Assembly: GCA_050249295.1 (NCBI GenBank)
Contig: JBFWQT010000003.1
Span: forward strand, 1-49,558
Direction: 5' to 3'
DNA from: Planctomycetota bacterium
GTDB lineage: Bacteria; Planctomycetota; UBA8742; SKZP01
Length of the DNA: 49,558 nt
This document shows, in pieces, positions 1-7,314 of this stretch (the first letter of the stretch is position 1; each line of letters begins with the position of its first letter). Under the pieces are notes generated by a model, which did not search any database, had not been told where the DNA came from, and was given only the letters and a program-made list of their open reading frames with translations. Both the position numbers and the translations under genes were made by a program.

Positions 1-88
1 GCTTGCCGAGGGTGGCCTGCACGCCACCGGGGTCGATTTCCTTGTACTGGCGGCGCAGGTCGGCCAGCACGTCCTGTACGGTTCTCAT
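1..88 (-). CDS. N-terminus (partial, runs off left edge) of a probable rhodanese-domain MoeB/MoeZ-type E1-like sulfur-carrier adenylyltransferase
   Basis: Not in the ORF track. Manual translation from ATG at 88 gives MRTVQDVLADLRRQYKEIDPGGVQATLGK..., resembling the N-terminal helix of rhodanese-MoeB fusions. Lies directly downstream of MoaD/ThiS and JAMM genes. Only 29 codons visible. Confidence 0.55.
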   Translation of the reverse strand, partial: MRTVQDVLADLRRQYKEIDPGGVQATLGK

Positions 89-128
89 GATGTTGTGGCC
101 GGGTTGGTGGGTGGATGGTGGCATGAAG

Positions 129-215
129 AACAAGAGCCGCGACCGTCAGGGAGCGGATGTGATGGCGGGTGGTTCACATCCGTACATCCGCTCCCTCACG
201 GTCGCGGCTCTTGTT
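129..215. repeat. REP-like palindrome (32-bp arms, 1 mismatch, 23-nt spacer)
   Basis: aacaagagccgcgaccgtcagggagcggatgt (129-160) is the reverse complement of acatccgctccctcacggtcgcggctcttgtt (184-215) except at one position. Intergenic. Confidence 0.85.
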
Positions 216-224
216 GATTCGACG

Positions 225-533
225 TCAGTTCGTTGCGCCGCCGGCGATCGCCGGCACGATGCTCAGCACGTCACCATTCTTGACCGGCGTGGTCAGGCCG
301 TCGAGCGTGCGGATGTCGTCCTGGTTGAGGTACACGTTGACGAATCGGCGCAGTTCGCCGCTGTCGCTGTAGAGCCGTTCGCGCAGGCCGCTGGCGCGCT
401 CGCCGAGGTTGGTGAGCACGTCGCCGACGGTGTTGCCGGGGAGTTGCACCTCGGCCTGGCCCTGCGTCAGCGGGCGCAGCGGCGTGGGGATGCGGACGGT
501 GGTGACGTTCGGGTTGGTGGTGGTCGTCGTCAT
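225..533 (-). CDS. MoaD/ThiS/CysO-family ubiquitin-like sulfur carrier with C-terminal extension (…IAGG-ATN)
   Basis: Motifs VRIPTPLR, TVGDVL, RRFVNVYLNQDDIRTLDGLTT, GDVLSIVPAIAGG. ATG at 533 preceded by AGGAG, so the ORF-track start at 623 is too long. Confidence 0.93.
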   Translation of the reverse strand: MTTTTTNPNVTTVRIPTPLRPLTQGQAEVQLPGNTVGDVLTNLGERASGLRERLYSDSGELRRFVNVYLNQDDIRTLDGLTTPVKNGDVLSIVPAIAGGATN

Positions 534-618
534 GTTGCGGGTCTCCTGATCAGTGTGATCGTGATCTGCGAATGCGAGGTGAAAATCGTTCTTTTCGTGC
601 GTCTTCTGCACCTTCAAG

Positions 619-640
619 CCCACGGGCGGCTGCCCGTGGG
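619..640. repeat. Short REP-like hairpin CCCACGGGC-ggct-GCCCGTGGG
   Basis: Perfect 9-bp inverted repeat with 4-nt loop, intergenic between the JAMM and MoaD-like genes. Confidence 0.65.
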
Positions 641-666
641 TCGCGCACCGGGGTGACCTGTGGTCG

Positions 667-1122
667 TCACTCGGTCACGCGTTCGGGCGCGATACATCGC
701 TCCTCCGCGAACGCGGCGTTGCGCAGCACCCACGAGTTCCACGTTCCGGCCCGGCCCTTCGCGATCTGCAGGATCACGTACGACCAGCTCTCGGCGTCCA
801 CGTTGCCCCACACCTCCTCGGCCCGCGCGCGATCGGTCTCGCTGGGCCGCGACGGGTGGTCGGGGTGGGTGTGGTAGACGCCGATCACCTCGAGGCCCTG
901 CGCCGCGGCGTCGGTTTCAATCTGCAGGTATTGCTGCGGGTCGAGAATGTAGCGGTCGTGTGCGCGCTCGGTGTTGAGGTTGGCGGTCGCGCGGATCTGC
1001 TCGACGATGCGCGCGCCGTCGGCGGTGGTGCGCCCGACGAGGAGGCCGCAGACCTCATGCGGGTAGCCGGCCTCGCCGTGGCGTTGCATCTGCGCGATCT
1101 GGTCGTCGGTGATGATCAGCAT
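667..1122 (-). CDS. M67 family (JAMM/Mov34/MPN+) metallopeptidase, Mec/QbsD-like
   Basis: YPHEVCG glutamate and complete JAMM motif HTH-x7-S-x2-D (HTHPDHPSRPSETD). Start set at MLIITDD (1122); the upstream GQGQ extension is translated microsatellite. Confidence 0.93.
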   Translation of the reverse strand: MLIITDDQIAQMQRHGEAGYPHEVCGLLVGRTTADGARIVEQIRATANLNTERAHDRYILDPQQYLQIETDAAAQGLEVIGVYHTHPDHPSRPSETDRARAEEVWGNVDAESWSYVILQIAKGRAGTWNSWVLRNAAFAEERCIAPERVTE

Positions 1123-1134
1123 GGTGAACCTGTT

Positions 1135-1287
1135 CCCTTGCCCTTGCCCAATCCCTTGCCCTTGCCCTTGCCCTTGCCCTTCTTCCCGCTTGCCGTCGCC
1201 CGCCCCGCCCCGCCCGCTCCCGGCGAACACCGGGATGCGGGCAAGGGCAAGGGCAAGGGCAAGGGCAAGGGCAAGGGCAAGGAAGGG
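1135..1287. repeat. Inverted hexamer microsatellite pair (CCCTTG)n … (GGGCAA)7
   Basis: 1135-1182: eight hexamer units, six of them perfect CCCTTG. 1239-1280: seven perfect GGGCAA. The arms are mutually complementary. Confidence 0.9.
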
Positions 1288-1311
1288 CTCTCTCGTGTCG
1301 GCGCGCCCTGG

Positions 1312-1962
1312 TCAGCTCAGCTTCTTCTTGTTGAGGTAGAAGTCGAACTTCTCGTCCCAGTTCCCGGCCAGGCGGTTCTCGACATCGGCAGCCGTCTTCG
1401 GCGGCGGCACCACCACGTTCTCGCCGGGCTTCCAGTTCACGGGGCAGGCCACGCTGTGCTTGTCGGCGGTCTGCAGCGCATCCACCAGCCGCACCACCTC
1501 GTCCACGTTGCGGCCCACGTTCAGCGGGTAGTAGACGATCGCGCGCACGGTCTTCTTCGGGTCAATCACGAACAGCGCGCGAACGGTCACGGTGGCGCTC
1601 TCGCCGGGGTGCAGCATGCCGTAGAGGCGGGCCACGCTGCCGGGCGTGTCGGCGATCATCGGGTAGTTGATCTGCACATCGAGGATCTGCTTGAGGTTCT
1701 GCCGCCAGGCGAGGTGGCTGTGGATGCTGTCGATGCTCAGGCCGATCAGCTTCGTGTTGCGCTGGCCGAACTCGCTCTCGCGCTTCGCGAACTCGGTCAG
1801 CTCGGTGGAGCACACCGGCGTGAAGTCGGCGGGGTGCGAGAACAGCACCACCCACTTGTCGCCGGCCCACTCGTGGAAGCGCAATTCGCCGACCGTGGTC
1901 GGCGCCGTGAAGTCCGGCGCCTGGTCGCCGATGCGCGGCAGGGTCAATGCGGTATCGGTCAT
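1312..1962 (-). CDS. Peroxiredoxin, Prx6/TDXH-like subfamily
   Basis: FSHPADFTPVCSTE active site, YYPLNVGRNVDEVVR, C-terminal ACPVNWKPGE; AAGGAG RBS upstream. Confidence 0.95.
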   Translation of the reverse strand: MTDTALTLPRIGDQAPDFTAPTTVGELRFHEWAGDKWVVLFSHPADFTPVCSTELTEFAKRESEFGQRNTKLIGLSIDSIHSHLAWRQNLKQILDVQINYPMIADTPGSVARLYGMLHPGESATVTVRALFVIDPKKTVRAIVYYPLNVGRNVDEVVRLVDALQTADKHSVACPVNWKPGENVVVPPPKTAADVENRLAGNWDEKFDFYLNKKKLS

Positions 1963-2345
1963 GTCATCTCCTTGCGGGTCGTTGTGGTTGATGTGAACTG
2001 TGCGGAAGTCGGTGGCAGATGCTGACGCCGGTGCCGGACGATGCGACGCGCCATGGCGAGGATGCGTGGCGGATTCGACGAACGCGTGAGGGAGTGGCGA
2101 GAACGCCGACAGTCTCTGTGATCAGGAACGGCTTGCAGTGTGTGCCGATTCCGCCAGTCCTGCCGTCCTGTGTCCTGTCTCCGCCCGTCTCGATCGCGTG
2201 CACCGCACAACGCCCTCCGCCAATCGGCGGCAGTGGCGTCAGCAACAACAGGTGCAGGCGAGAGTCATCAACATCGTGCGGTGGCCTGTAGAGGCGCTTC
2301 AGATCAGAAGTAACGCAGGTGTCGCACGCGCAGAGGCACGCGACG
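1963..2345 (-). promoter_or_regulatory. Structured 5' leader / candidate cysteine-responsive attenuator
   Basis: 2228-2244 (last Cys codon, stop and following bases) is complementary to 2020-2036 at 15/17 positions. Inner stem 2067-2079/2144-2156. An alternative local hairpin lies right after the stop. Confidence 0.55.
2239..2274 (-). CDS. Putative cysteine-rich leader peptide MLMTLACTCCC
   Basis: Minus strand reads ATG TTG ATG ACT CTC GCC TGC ACC TGT TGT TGC TGA. Four Cys in the last five codons, in the 5' leader of a sulfur-relay operon. Confidence 0.7.
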   Translation of the reverse strand: MLMTLACTCCC

Positions 2346-2351
2346 GCCCGT

Positions 2352-2379
2352 GGTGTACCTTGCCGCTGTTCGCTGTCAA
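2352..2379 (-). promoter_or_regulatory. Candidate sigma70-type promoter TTGACA-N16-TACACC for the leader/prx operon
   Basis: Perfect -35 TTGACA (2379-2374) and weak -10 TACACC (2357-2352) on the minus strand, about 80 nt upstream of the leader ORF. Confidence 0.45.
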
Positions 2380-2482
2380 CCAGGCAATGCGGAAAACGAT
2401 CAATCGTCGAATCCCCGAACCCGGCCGCGGGTGGTCCGTTGAAGGTTCCGGACAACTGGCTAACCACCCCTCCATATCCAAC

Positions 2483-3844
2483 ATGCCACATCTGAAGCCC
2501 GCCCGCCCGATCCTCGCCTCCCTGCTGCTGGTCGGCGCGCTGCACATTCCGACCGCCACCGTCGTGGCCCAGCCGGGCCCGGCGACTGACCCGCAGCCCC
2601 CGGCCACCGATCCGCAGCCCCCGGCCACCGACCCCGCCGCCGCGTACGCCGCGAAGCTCGACGCCGCCGCCGAGAAGGGGCGCGACTACCTGCTCTCGCT
2701 CTATGGCAAGGATCCGCGCCAGGGCGGATGGGGCCCCGACATGCCGTTCGTCGGTTACAGCGGCCTCGCGCTCAACGGTCTGCTGCGCGGCCGCAAGCCG
2801 GTGTCGGTGAGCGACGAGCGCGTGAAGAAGACGCTCGACAAGCTGATCAGCCAGCAGCAGTTCGACGGCGCGTGGGTCTCGCCGCAGCGTGGCGAGGCGG
2901 TCTACGAGACGTCGGTGATTCTCCGCGCGCTGGTGGCCGCGGCGCAGGCCGACAAGGAGTTTGCCGCGCGCGAGGACGTGCTGTCCGCGATCCGCAAGGG
3001 CCGCGACTACCTGCTGCTCGCGCAGGTGGATGAGCACCCCGAGGTCGACAAGGACGGCAAGGCGATCGAGGGCAAGGTGGATTCGCCCGACGCCGAGGGT
3101 GGCGCGAACTACGGCGGCGTGGGCTACGGTCGCGGCACGCAAGGCACCACGCCGTCGGCCAACATGAGCAGCACCGCGATGGCGATGGAGGCGGTGGACT
3201 CGACGACGGCCGTGATCGGCGAGGACGACAAGCTGAAGGAAGCGCGCAAGAAGCTGCAGAACTTCCTGCGTCACTGCCACAACCTGGCCGAATACAACGG
3301 CAAGCCCTACAACACCGAAGCGACCGACACGCCGCAGGGCAAGGTCGTGCCCGGCAACGACGGCGGCGCCGTGTACGCGCCCGGCCAGTCGAACGCCGGC
3401 ACCACCGAGGGCGAAGGCGGCGTGCGCGTGCTGCGCAGCTACGGCTCGGTGACGTACGCGCTGCTGCAGCTCTATCACATCTCGGGCATCGTCGATCGCA
3501 ACGACCTGCGCATCCAGAAGGCGATGGAGTGGATCACGCGCTCCGAGAACTTCGTCTTCACGTATCACCCCGGCCTGAACCAGGACGACCGCAACAGCCA
3601 GTTTGCCGGCCACTACTACTACCTCTACACCGCGGCCCACACGCTGAGCATGCTGGCCGGCAAGGCCACGCTCGAGGACAGCCGCGGCGAGGAACACAAC
3701 TGGAGCAAGTCGATCGGCGACGTGCTGCTCGGCCTGCAGCAGGCCAACGGCGCGTGGAGCAACCAGAAGAACTCCGCGTACTGGGAGAACGCGCCGATCA
3801 TCGCCACGTCGTACGCCCTGGTCGCGCTCGGCTACCTGCGCTGA
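2483..3844 (+). CDS. Secreted prenyltransferase/squalene-cyclase-repeat (alpha/alpha-toroid) protein
   Basis: Signal peptide MPHLKPARPILASLLLVGAL…AQ, ATDPQPP repeats, QW-like motifs (LISQQQFDGAW, LLGLQQANGAW), DGGAVYAPG, SYGSVTYA, HYYYLY. Confidence 0.8.
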   Translation: MPHLKPARPILASLLLVGALHIPTATVVAQPGPATDPQPPATDPQPPATDPAAAYAAKLDAAAEKGRDYLLSLYGKDPRQGGWGPDMPFVGYSGLALNGLLRGRKPVSVSDERVKKTLDKLISQQQFDGAWVSPQRGEAVYETSVILRALVAAAQADKEFAAREDVLSAIRKGRDYLLLAQVDEHPEVDKDGKAIEGKVDSPDAEGGANYGGVGYGRGTQGTTPSANMSSTAMAMEAVDSTTAVIGEDDKLKEARKKLQNFLRHCHNLAEYNGKPYNTEATDTPQGKVVPGNDGGAVYAPGQSNAGTTEGEGGVRVLRSYGSVTYALLQLYHISGIVDRNDLRIQKAMEWITRSENFVFTYHPGLNQDDRNSQFAGHYYYLYTAAHTLSMLAGKATLEDSRGEEHNWSKSIGDVLLGLQQANGAWSNQKNSAYWENAPIIATSYALVALGYLR

Positions 3845-3915
3845 CCCGGCAGCGGGCGGCGGTGACACACCTGCCGCTGCTTGCTACACATGGGCGTTCC
3901 CAGCCCGGGCGCCCC

Positions 3916-4932
3916 ATGATTTCCGACACCGAAACCGGTACTCCGGCTGCCGCGGCCGTGCCCGCTGCCGTTCCGTCACGCCCGCCGCTCCTCGAGTTGC
4001 AGGGCGTGACGAAGCGGTACGGCCGCAAGGCAACCGCGCTGAGCGACATCAGCCTGACGCTGCATGGCGGCGGGATCGGTCTGCTCGGCCCCAACGGTGC
4101 CGGCAAGTCCACGCTGATCAAGTCGCTGCTCGGTCTCGTGCGACTCACCAGTGGCAGCGCCAGCGTGCTCGGCTACGACGTGCGCAAACGGTCGCGCCGG
4201 ATCCGCCGCAGCGTGGGCTACATGCCCGAAGACGACGACGCGATACCGGGCATGACCGGCATCGAGGCGGTGTCGTTCTCGGCCGAGCTCTGTGGCATCT
4301 CGCGCCACGCGGCGTTCCTGCGCGCGCACGAGTCGCTCGACTTCTGCGGCATCGGCGACGAGCGCTATCGGGTCCTGCGCACGCTCGCGCCCGGCACACG
4401 CCAGCGCTTCCACCTCGCCCGCGCGCTCGTGCACGGGCCACGGCTGGTGTTCCTCGACGAGCCGACCGCCGGCCTTGACCCGGCCGGTCGCGAGTGGATG
4501 CTCGGCCTGATCCGCGACCTGTGGGAGAAGCACGGCGTCAACGTGATCTTCTCGACGCACATCCTCAACGACATCGAGGTCGCGTGCGACCAGGTGGTGA
4601 TCATCAAGCTCGGCACGCTCGTCGCGCAGGGCCGGATCGACCAGCTGCGCACCACCGACACCTCGCGCCTGCGCGTGCAGTACCGCGGCGACGAGCGCGA
4701 CTTCGTGCACGAGCTGCGCCAGCAGGGCGTCGGCGACGTGCGCATCCTCGGACCGGGCCAGCTGATGATCGACGCCGAGCAGGGCGGCGTGCCTCCGGCC
4801 GTGCTCCGCGCCGCAGTGGCCGCCAACGTGCGCCTGCGGCACATCGCGCCGAACGCGACGCAGCTCGAGGACATCTTCCTCAATGCCGTGGCGGCGACGC
4901 GACGGTACCGGCGGGAGACGCTGCATGGATGA
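3916..4932 (+). CDS. ABC-2 type transporter ATP-binding protein (degenerate signature)
   Basis: Walker A GPNGAGKS, Walker B LVFLDEP, H-loop FSTH; signature reads LAPGTRQR. Confidence 0.93.
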   Translation: MISDTETGTPAAAAVPAAVPSRPPLLELQGVTKRYGRKATALSDISLTLHGGGIGLLGPNGAGKSTLIKSLLGLVRLTSGSASVLGYDVRKRSRRIRRSVGYMPEDDDAIPGMTGIEAVSFSAELCGISRHAAFLRAHESLDFCGIGDERYRVLRTLAPGTRQRFHLARALVHGPRLVFLDEPTAGLDPAGREWMLGLIRDLWEKHGVNVIFSTHILNDIEVACDQVVIIKLGTLVAQGRIDQLRTTDTSRLRVQYRGDERDFVHELRQQGVGDVRILGPGQLMIDAEQGGVPPAVLRAAVAANVRLRHIAPNATQLEDIFLNAVAATRRYRRETLHG

Positions 4933-6283
4933 CCGCACGGCGCTCAACTACTCGACGCGCTTCCTGCAGCCGGCGATCACCAACCGGCCGCTGCGCAAGA
5001 CGCATCGCGCCGTCGACCCGACGACGCTGCTGCCGGCGCGCTGGACGCTGTGGCTCGCCATCTCGCGCATGGGCGTGCGGCTGGCGTTCCGCAGCCGGTT
5101 GCTGCGCCGCTTCGTGTTCGTGGCGTGGGCGCCGATGCTCTACTTCCTGTTCGCGTTCTTCACGATCGGCTGGATCACCGACCACAACAACGCGCCGCAC
5201 GTCGAACGGGCGATGGAGGCCTACGGCGAGGCCGACTTCTTCGCGCAGACCATGCTCGAACTCGGCTTCACCACGCTCGGCGTGGACGAGAGCAAATCGA
5301 GGCGGCAGGAGTGGAGCTACGCGATGCAGAGCCTGCGCGACCAGGGCTACCGGCTGGATCCCGCGCTGTTCAACGTGGACAAGGCTCGCGCCGAGGGCAT
5401 CGACGTGGCCGCGTTGTGGGCTGACGCTCGCGAACGAATCGTCGAGAAGTCGGTGGCGATGATGACCGAGGAAGGCTGGGACCCGGCCGAGGCGCTGGAG
5501 TACGTGCGCGAGAACTGGGCCGACAGCGAGCCGCCGGAGCCGAACCCGCTGCTCGAGCGGCTGCGCACCGATCCGGAGTCGCTGCGCAACCTCGGCTGGT
5601 CGCTCGGCTTCTCGTTCTTCTTCATGTTCACACAGACCGCGATGCTGCTGTTCGTCGTCAGCATCGTCGGCCCGCCGTTGATCGCGCGCGACAGCGAACG
5701 CACGTGGCAGCTCTACCTCTCGCGGCCGATCACGGCGCTGGACTACGTGGCGGGCAAGGCCGGCGTGATCTGCTTCACGATTGCGCTGACCACGCTGGTG
5801 CCCGCGCTGGTGCTCTACGCCGCGACGATCCTGTTCTCGCCGAGCGCGCACGCGATGATCGACACACTGGCGGTGGTGCCGCGGCTGGTGCTCGCCTCGG
5901 CGGTTATTGCGCTGCCGGTCAGTGCGCTGATCCTCTGCATCTCGTCGCGCGCCGGCGACGAACGCTACGCGATGTTCACGTGGATCGGCCTGGTGCTGGT
6001 CGGCGAGGCCGCGTACCACCTGCTGTCGTTCGTGCCCGCGTTTGCCGGCAAAACGTGGATCCACCTGCTCTCGCTGCGGCAGTGTCTCGTGCGCTCGGCC
6101 GTGTACGCGCTGGGCACCGACCAGCAGTTTGCCGCGCTCGGCAGCTCGAAGGAGATCGACGGCTACCGCCAGTGGCTGACCGGCGGCCTCGATCCGACGC
6201 CGTTCGTCGTCATGCTCGCGATCATCACGGTGCTGTGCTTCCTGGACACGGTGCGCAACGTGCGCAGACTGGCGGCACGATGA
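4925..6283 (+). CDS. ABC-2 type transporter permease with extracytoplasmic insert
   Basis: Multiple TM helices, GPPLIARD…LYLSRPITALDYVAGK motif; overlaps neighbouring ATPase genes. Confidence 0.85.
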   Translation: MDDRTALNYSTRFLQPAITNRPLRKTHRAVDPTTLLPARWTLWLAISRMGVRLAFRSRLLRRFVFVAWAPMLYFLFAFFTIGWITDHNNAPHVERAMEAYGEADFFAQTMLELGFTTLGVDESKSRRQEWSYAMQSLRDQGYRLDPALFNVDKARAEGIDVAALWADARERIVEKSVAMMTEEGWDPAEALEYVRENWADSEPPEPNPLLERLRTDPESLRNLGWSLGFSFFFMFTQTAMLLFVVSIVGPPLIARDSERTWQLYLSRPITALDYVAGKAGVICFTIALTTLVPALVLYAATILFSPSAHAMIDTLAVVPRLVLASAVIALPVSALILCISSRAGDERYAMFTWIGLVLVGEAAYHLLSFVPAFAGKTWIHLLSLRQCLVRSAVYALGTDQQFAALGSSKEIDGYRQWLTGGLDPTPFVVMLAIITVLCFLDTVRNVRRLAAR

Positions 6284-7311
6284 GCACACCGGACGCGACT
6301 GCCCGCACCACCACCCACGAGGCGCCGTCGATCGCCGCGTCGATCATGCGCCGCGCGCCCGGCATGTCAGGCCACATCGTGGTGGCCGAGGGGCTGACCA
6401 AACTCTACGGCGGCGTGATCGGCGTCAACGGCGTGGACCTGCTGCTGATGCCCGGCGTGCACGGCCTCGTCGGCCCCAACGGCGCCGGCAAGTCCACGCT
6501 GCTGCGCCTCTGCACCGGCCAGATCCGCCCGACCAGCGGCACGATCCAGGTCTACGACCGCCAGCCGTTCCGCGAGCCCGAGGTCTTCGAGCGCATCGGC
6601 TACTGCCCCGAAGCCGAGCTCGGCTGGCTGCATCTCACGGCGCGCGAGTTTGTCACCACCATGGCGCACGCCTCGGGCGGCTCGCGCAAACAGGCCATCG
6701 AGAAGGCCGAGCGCGCGCTCGAACGCGTCGGCGCCACCGGGTTCATGCGCCGTCGCATGGTCGGCTACTCGAAGGGCATGAAGCAGCGCGTCAAGGTCGC
6801 GCAGGCGATCGTCCACGATCCGCGCCTGGTGTTCCTCGATGAGCCGCTCGACGGCACCGACCCGATCGGCCGGCGCGAACAACTCGAGCTGTTCCGGCAG
6901 CTGGCCTACGACGGCGTGTCGCTGATCATCTCCAGCCACGTGCTGCACGAGGTGCAGGCGCTGACGTCGAGCTTCGTGCTGATGTTCCGCGGCCGCGCAC
7001 TGGCCACCGGCACGATCGACTCGATCCGCCGATCGCTGGCCGGCATACCGCACCGCATGACCGTCCGCTGCGACGACGCGCGCGGCCTCGCCTGGCGCAT
7101 GGCGCGCGACCTGCCGATCTCCGGGCTCGATATCGACGTCGCGACCCGCCAGCTGAGCGTGAGCACGCACGAGCCGATGCAGTTCTTCGAGCAGCTGCCG
7201 GCCGTGCTCGAGGCCAGCGGCGTGCGCATCATCGAGCTGCAGACCGATGACGACAGCCTCAGTCCCGTGTTCCGCTACCTGCTTGGCCGGCACGACATGC
7301 CGGCGCGCTGA
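6280..7311 (+). CDS. ABC-2 type transporter ATP-binding protein
   Basis: GPNGAGKS, YSKGMKQR, LVFLDEP, ISSH; ATGA overlap with the upstream permease. Confidence 0.93.
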   Translation: MSTPDATARTTTHEAPSIAASIMRRAPGMSGHIVVAEGLTKLYGGVIGVNGVDLLLMPGVHGLVGPNGAGKSTLLRLCTGQIRPTSGTIQVYDRQPFREPEVFERIGYCPEAELGWLHLTAREFVTTMAHASGGSRKQAIEKAERALERVGATGFMRRRMVGYSKGMKQRVKVAQAIVHDPRLVFLDEPLDGTDPIGRREQLELFRQLAYDGVSLIISSHVLHEVQALTSSFVLMFRGRALATGTIDSIRRSLAGIPHRMTVRCDDARGLAWRMARDLPISGLDIDVATRQLSVSTHEPMQFFEQLPAVLEASGVRIIELQTDDDSLSPVFRYLLGRHDMPAR

Positions 7312-7314
7312 CCG

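Noticed and set aside
129-215. Possible CRISPR repeat or IS end
   Set aside because: A single inverted pair with no direct repeat-spacer array, cas gene or transposase.
534-623. N-terminal extension of the MoaD-like ORF to 623
   Set aside because: A good AGGAG RBS precedes ATG 533, and the extension starts inside a palindromic repeat.
1123-1339. GQGQGQ, CPCPCP and ARARAR low-complexity ORFs, including an apparent Cys-rich metallothionein-like peptide
   Set aside because: All are translations of the hexamer microsatellite in different frames.
2581-2640. 21-nt tandem repeat (ATDPQPP x2-3)
   Set aside because: Ordinary Pro-rich linker after a signal peptide.
2483-3844. Squalene-hopene cyclase call
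   Set aside because: Too short, has a signal peptide and lacks the DxDD catalytic motif.
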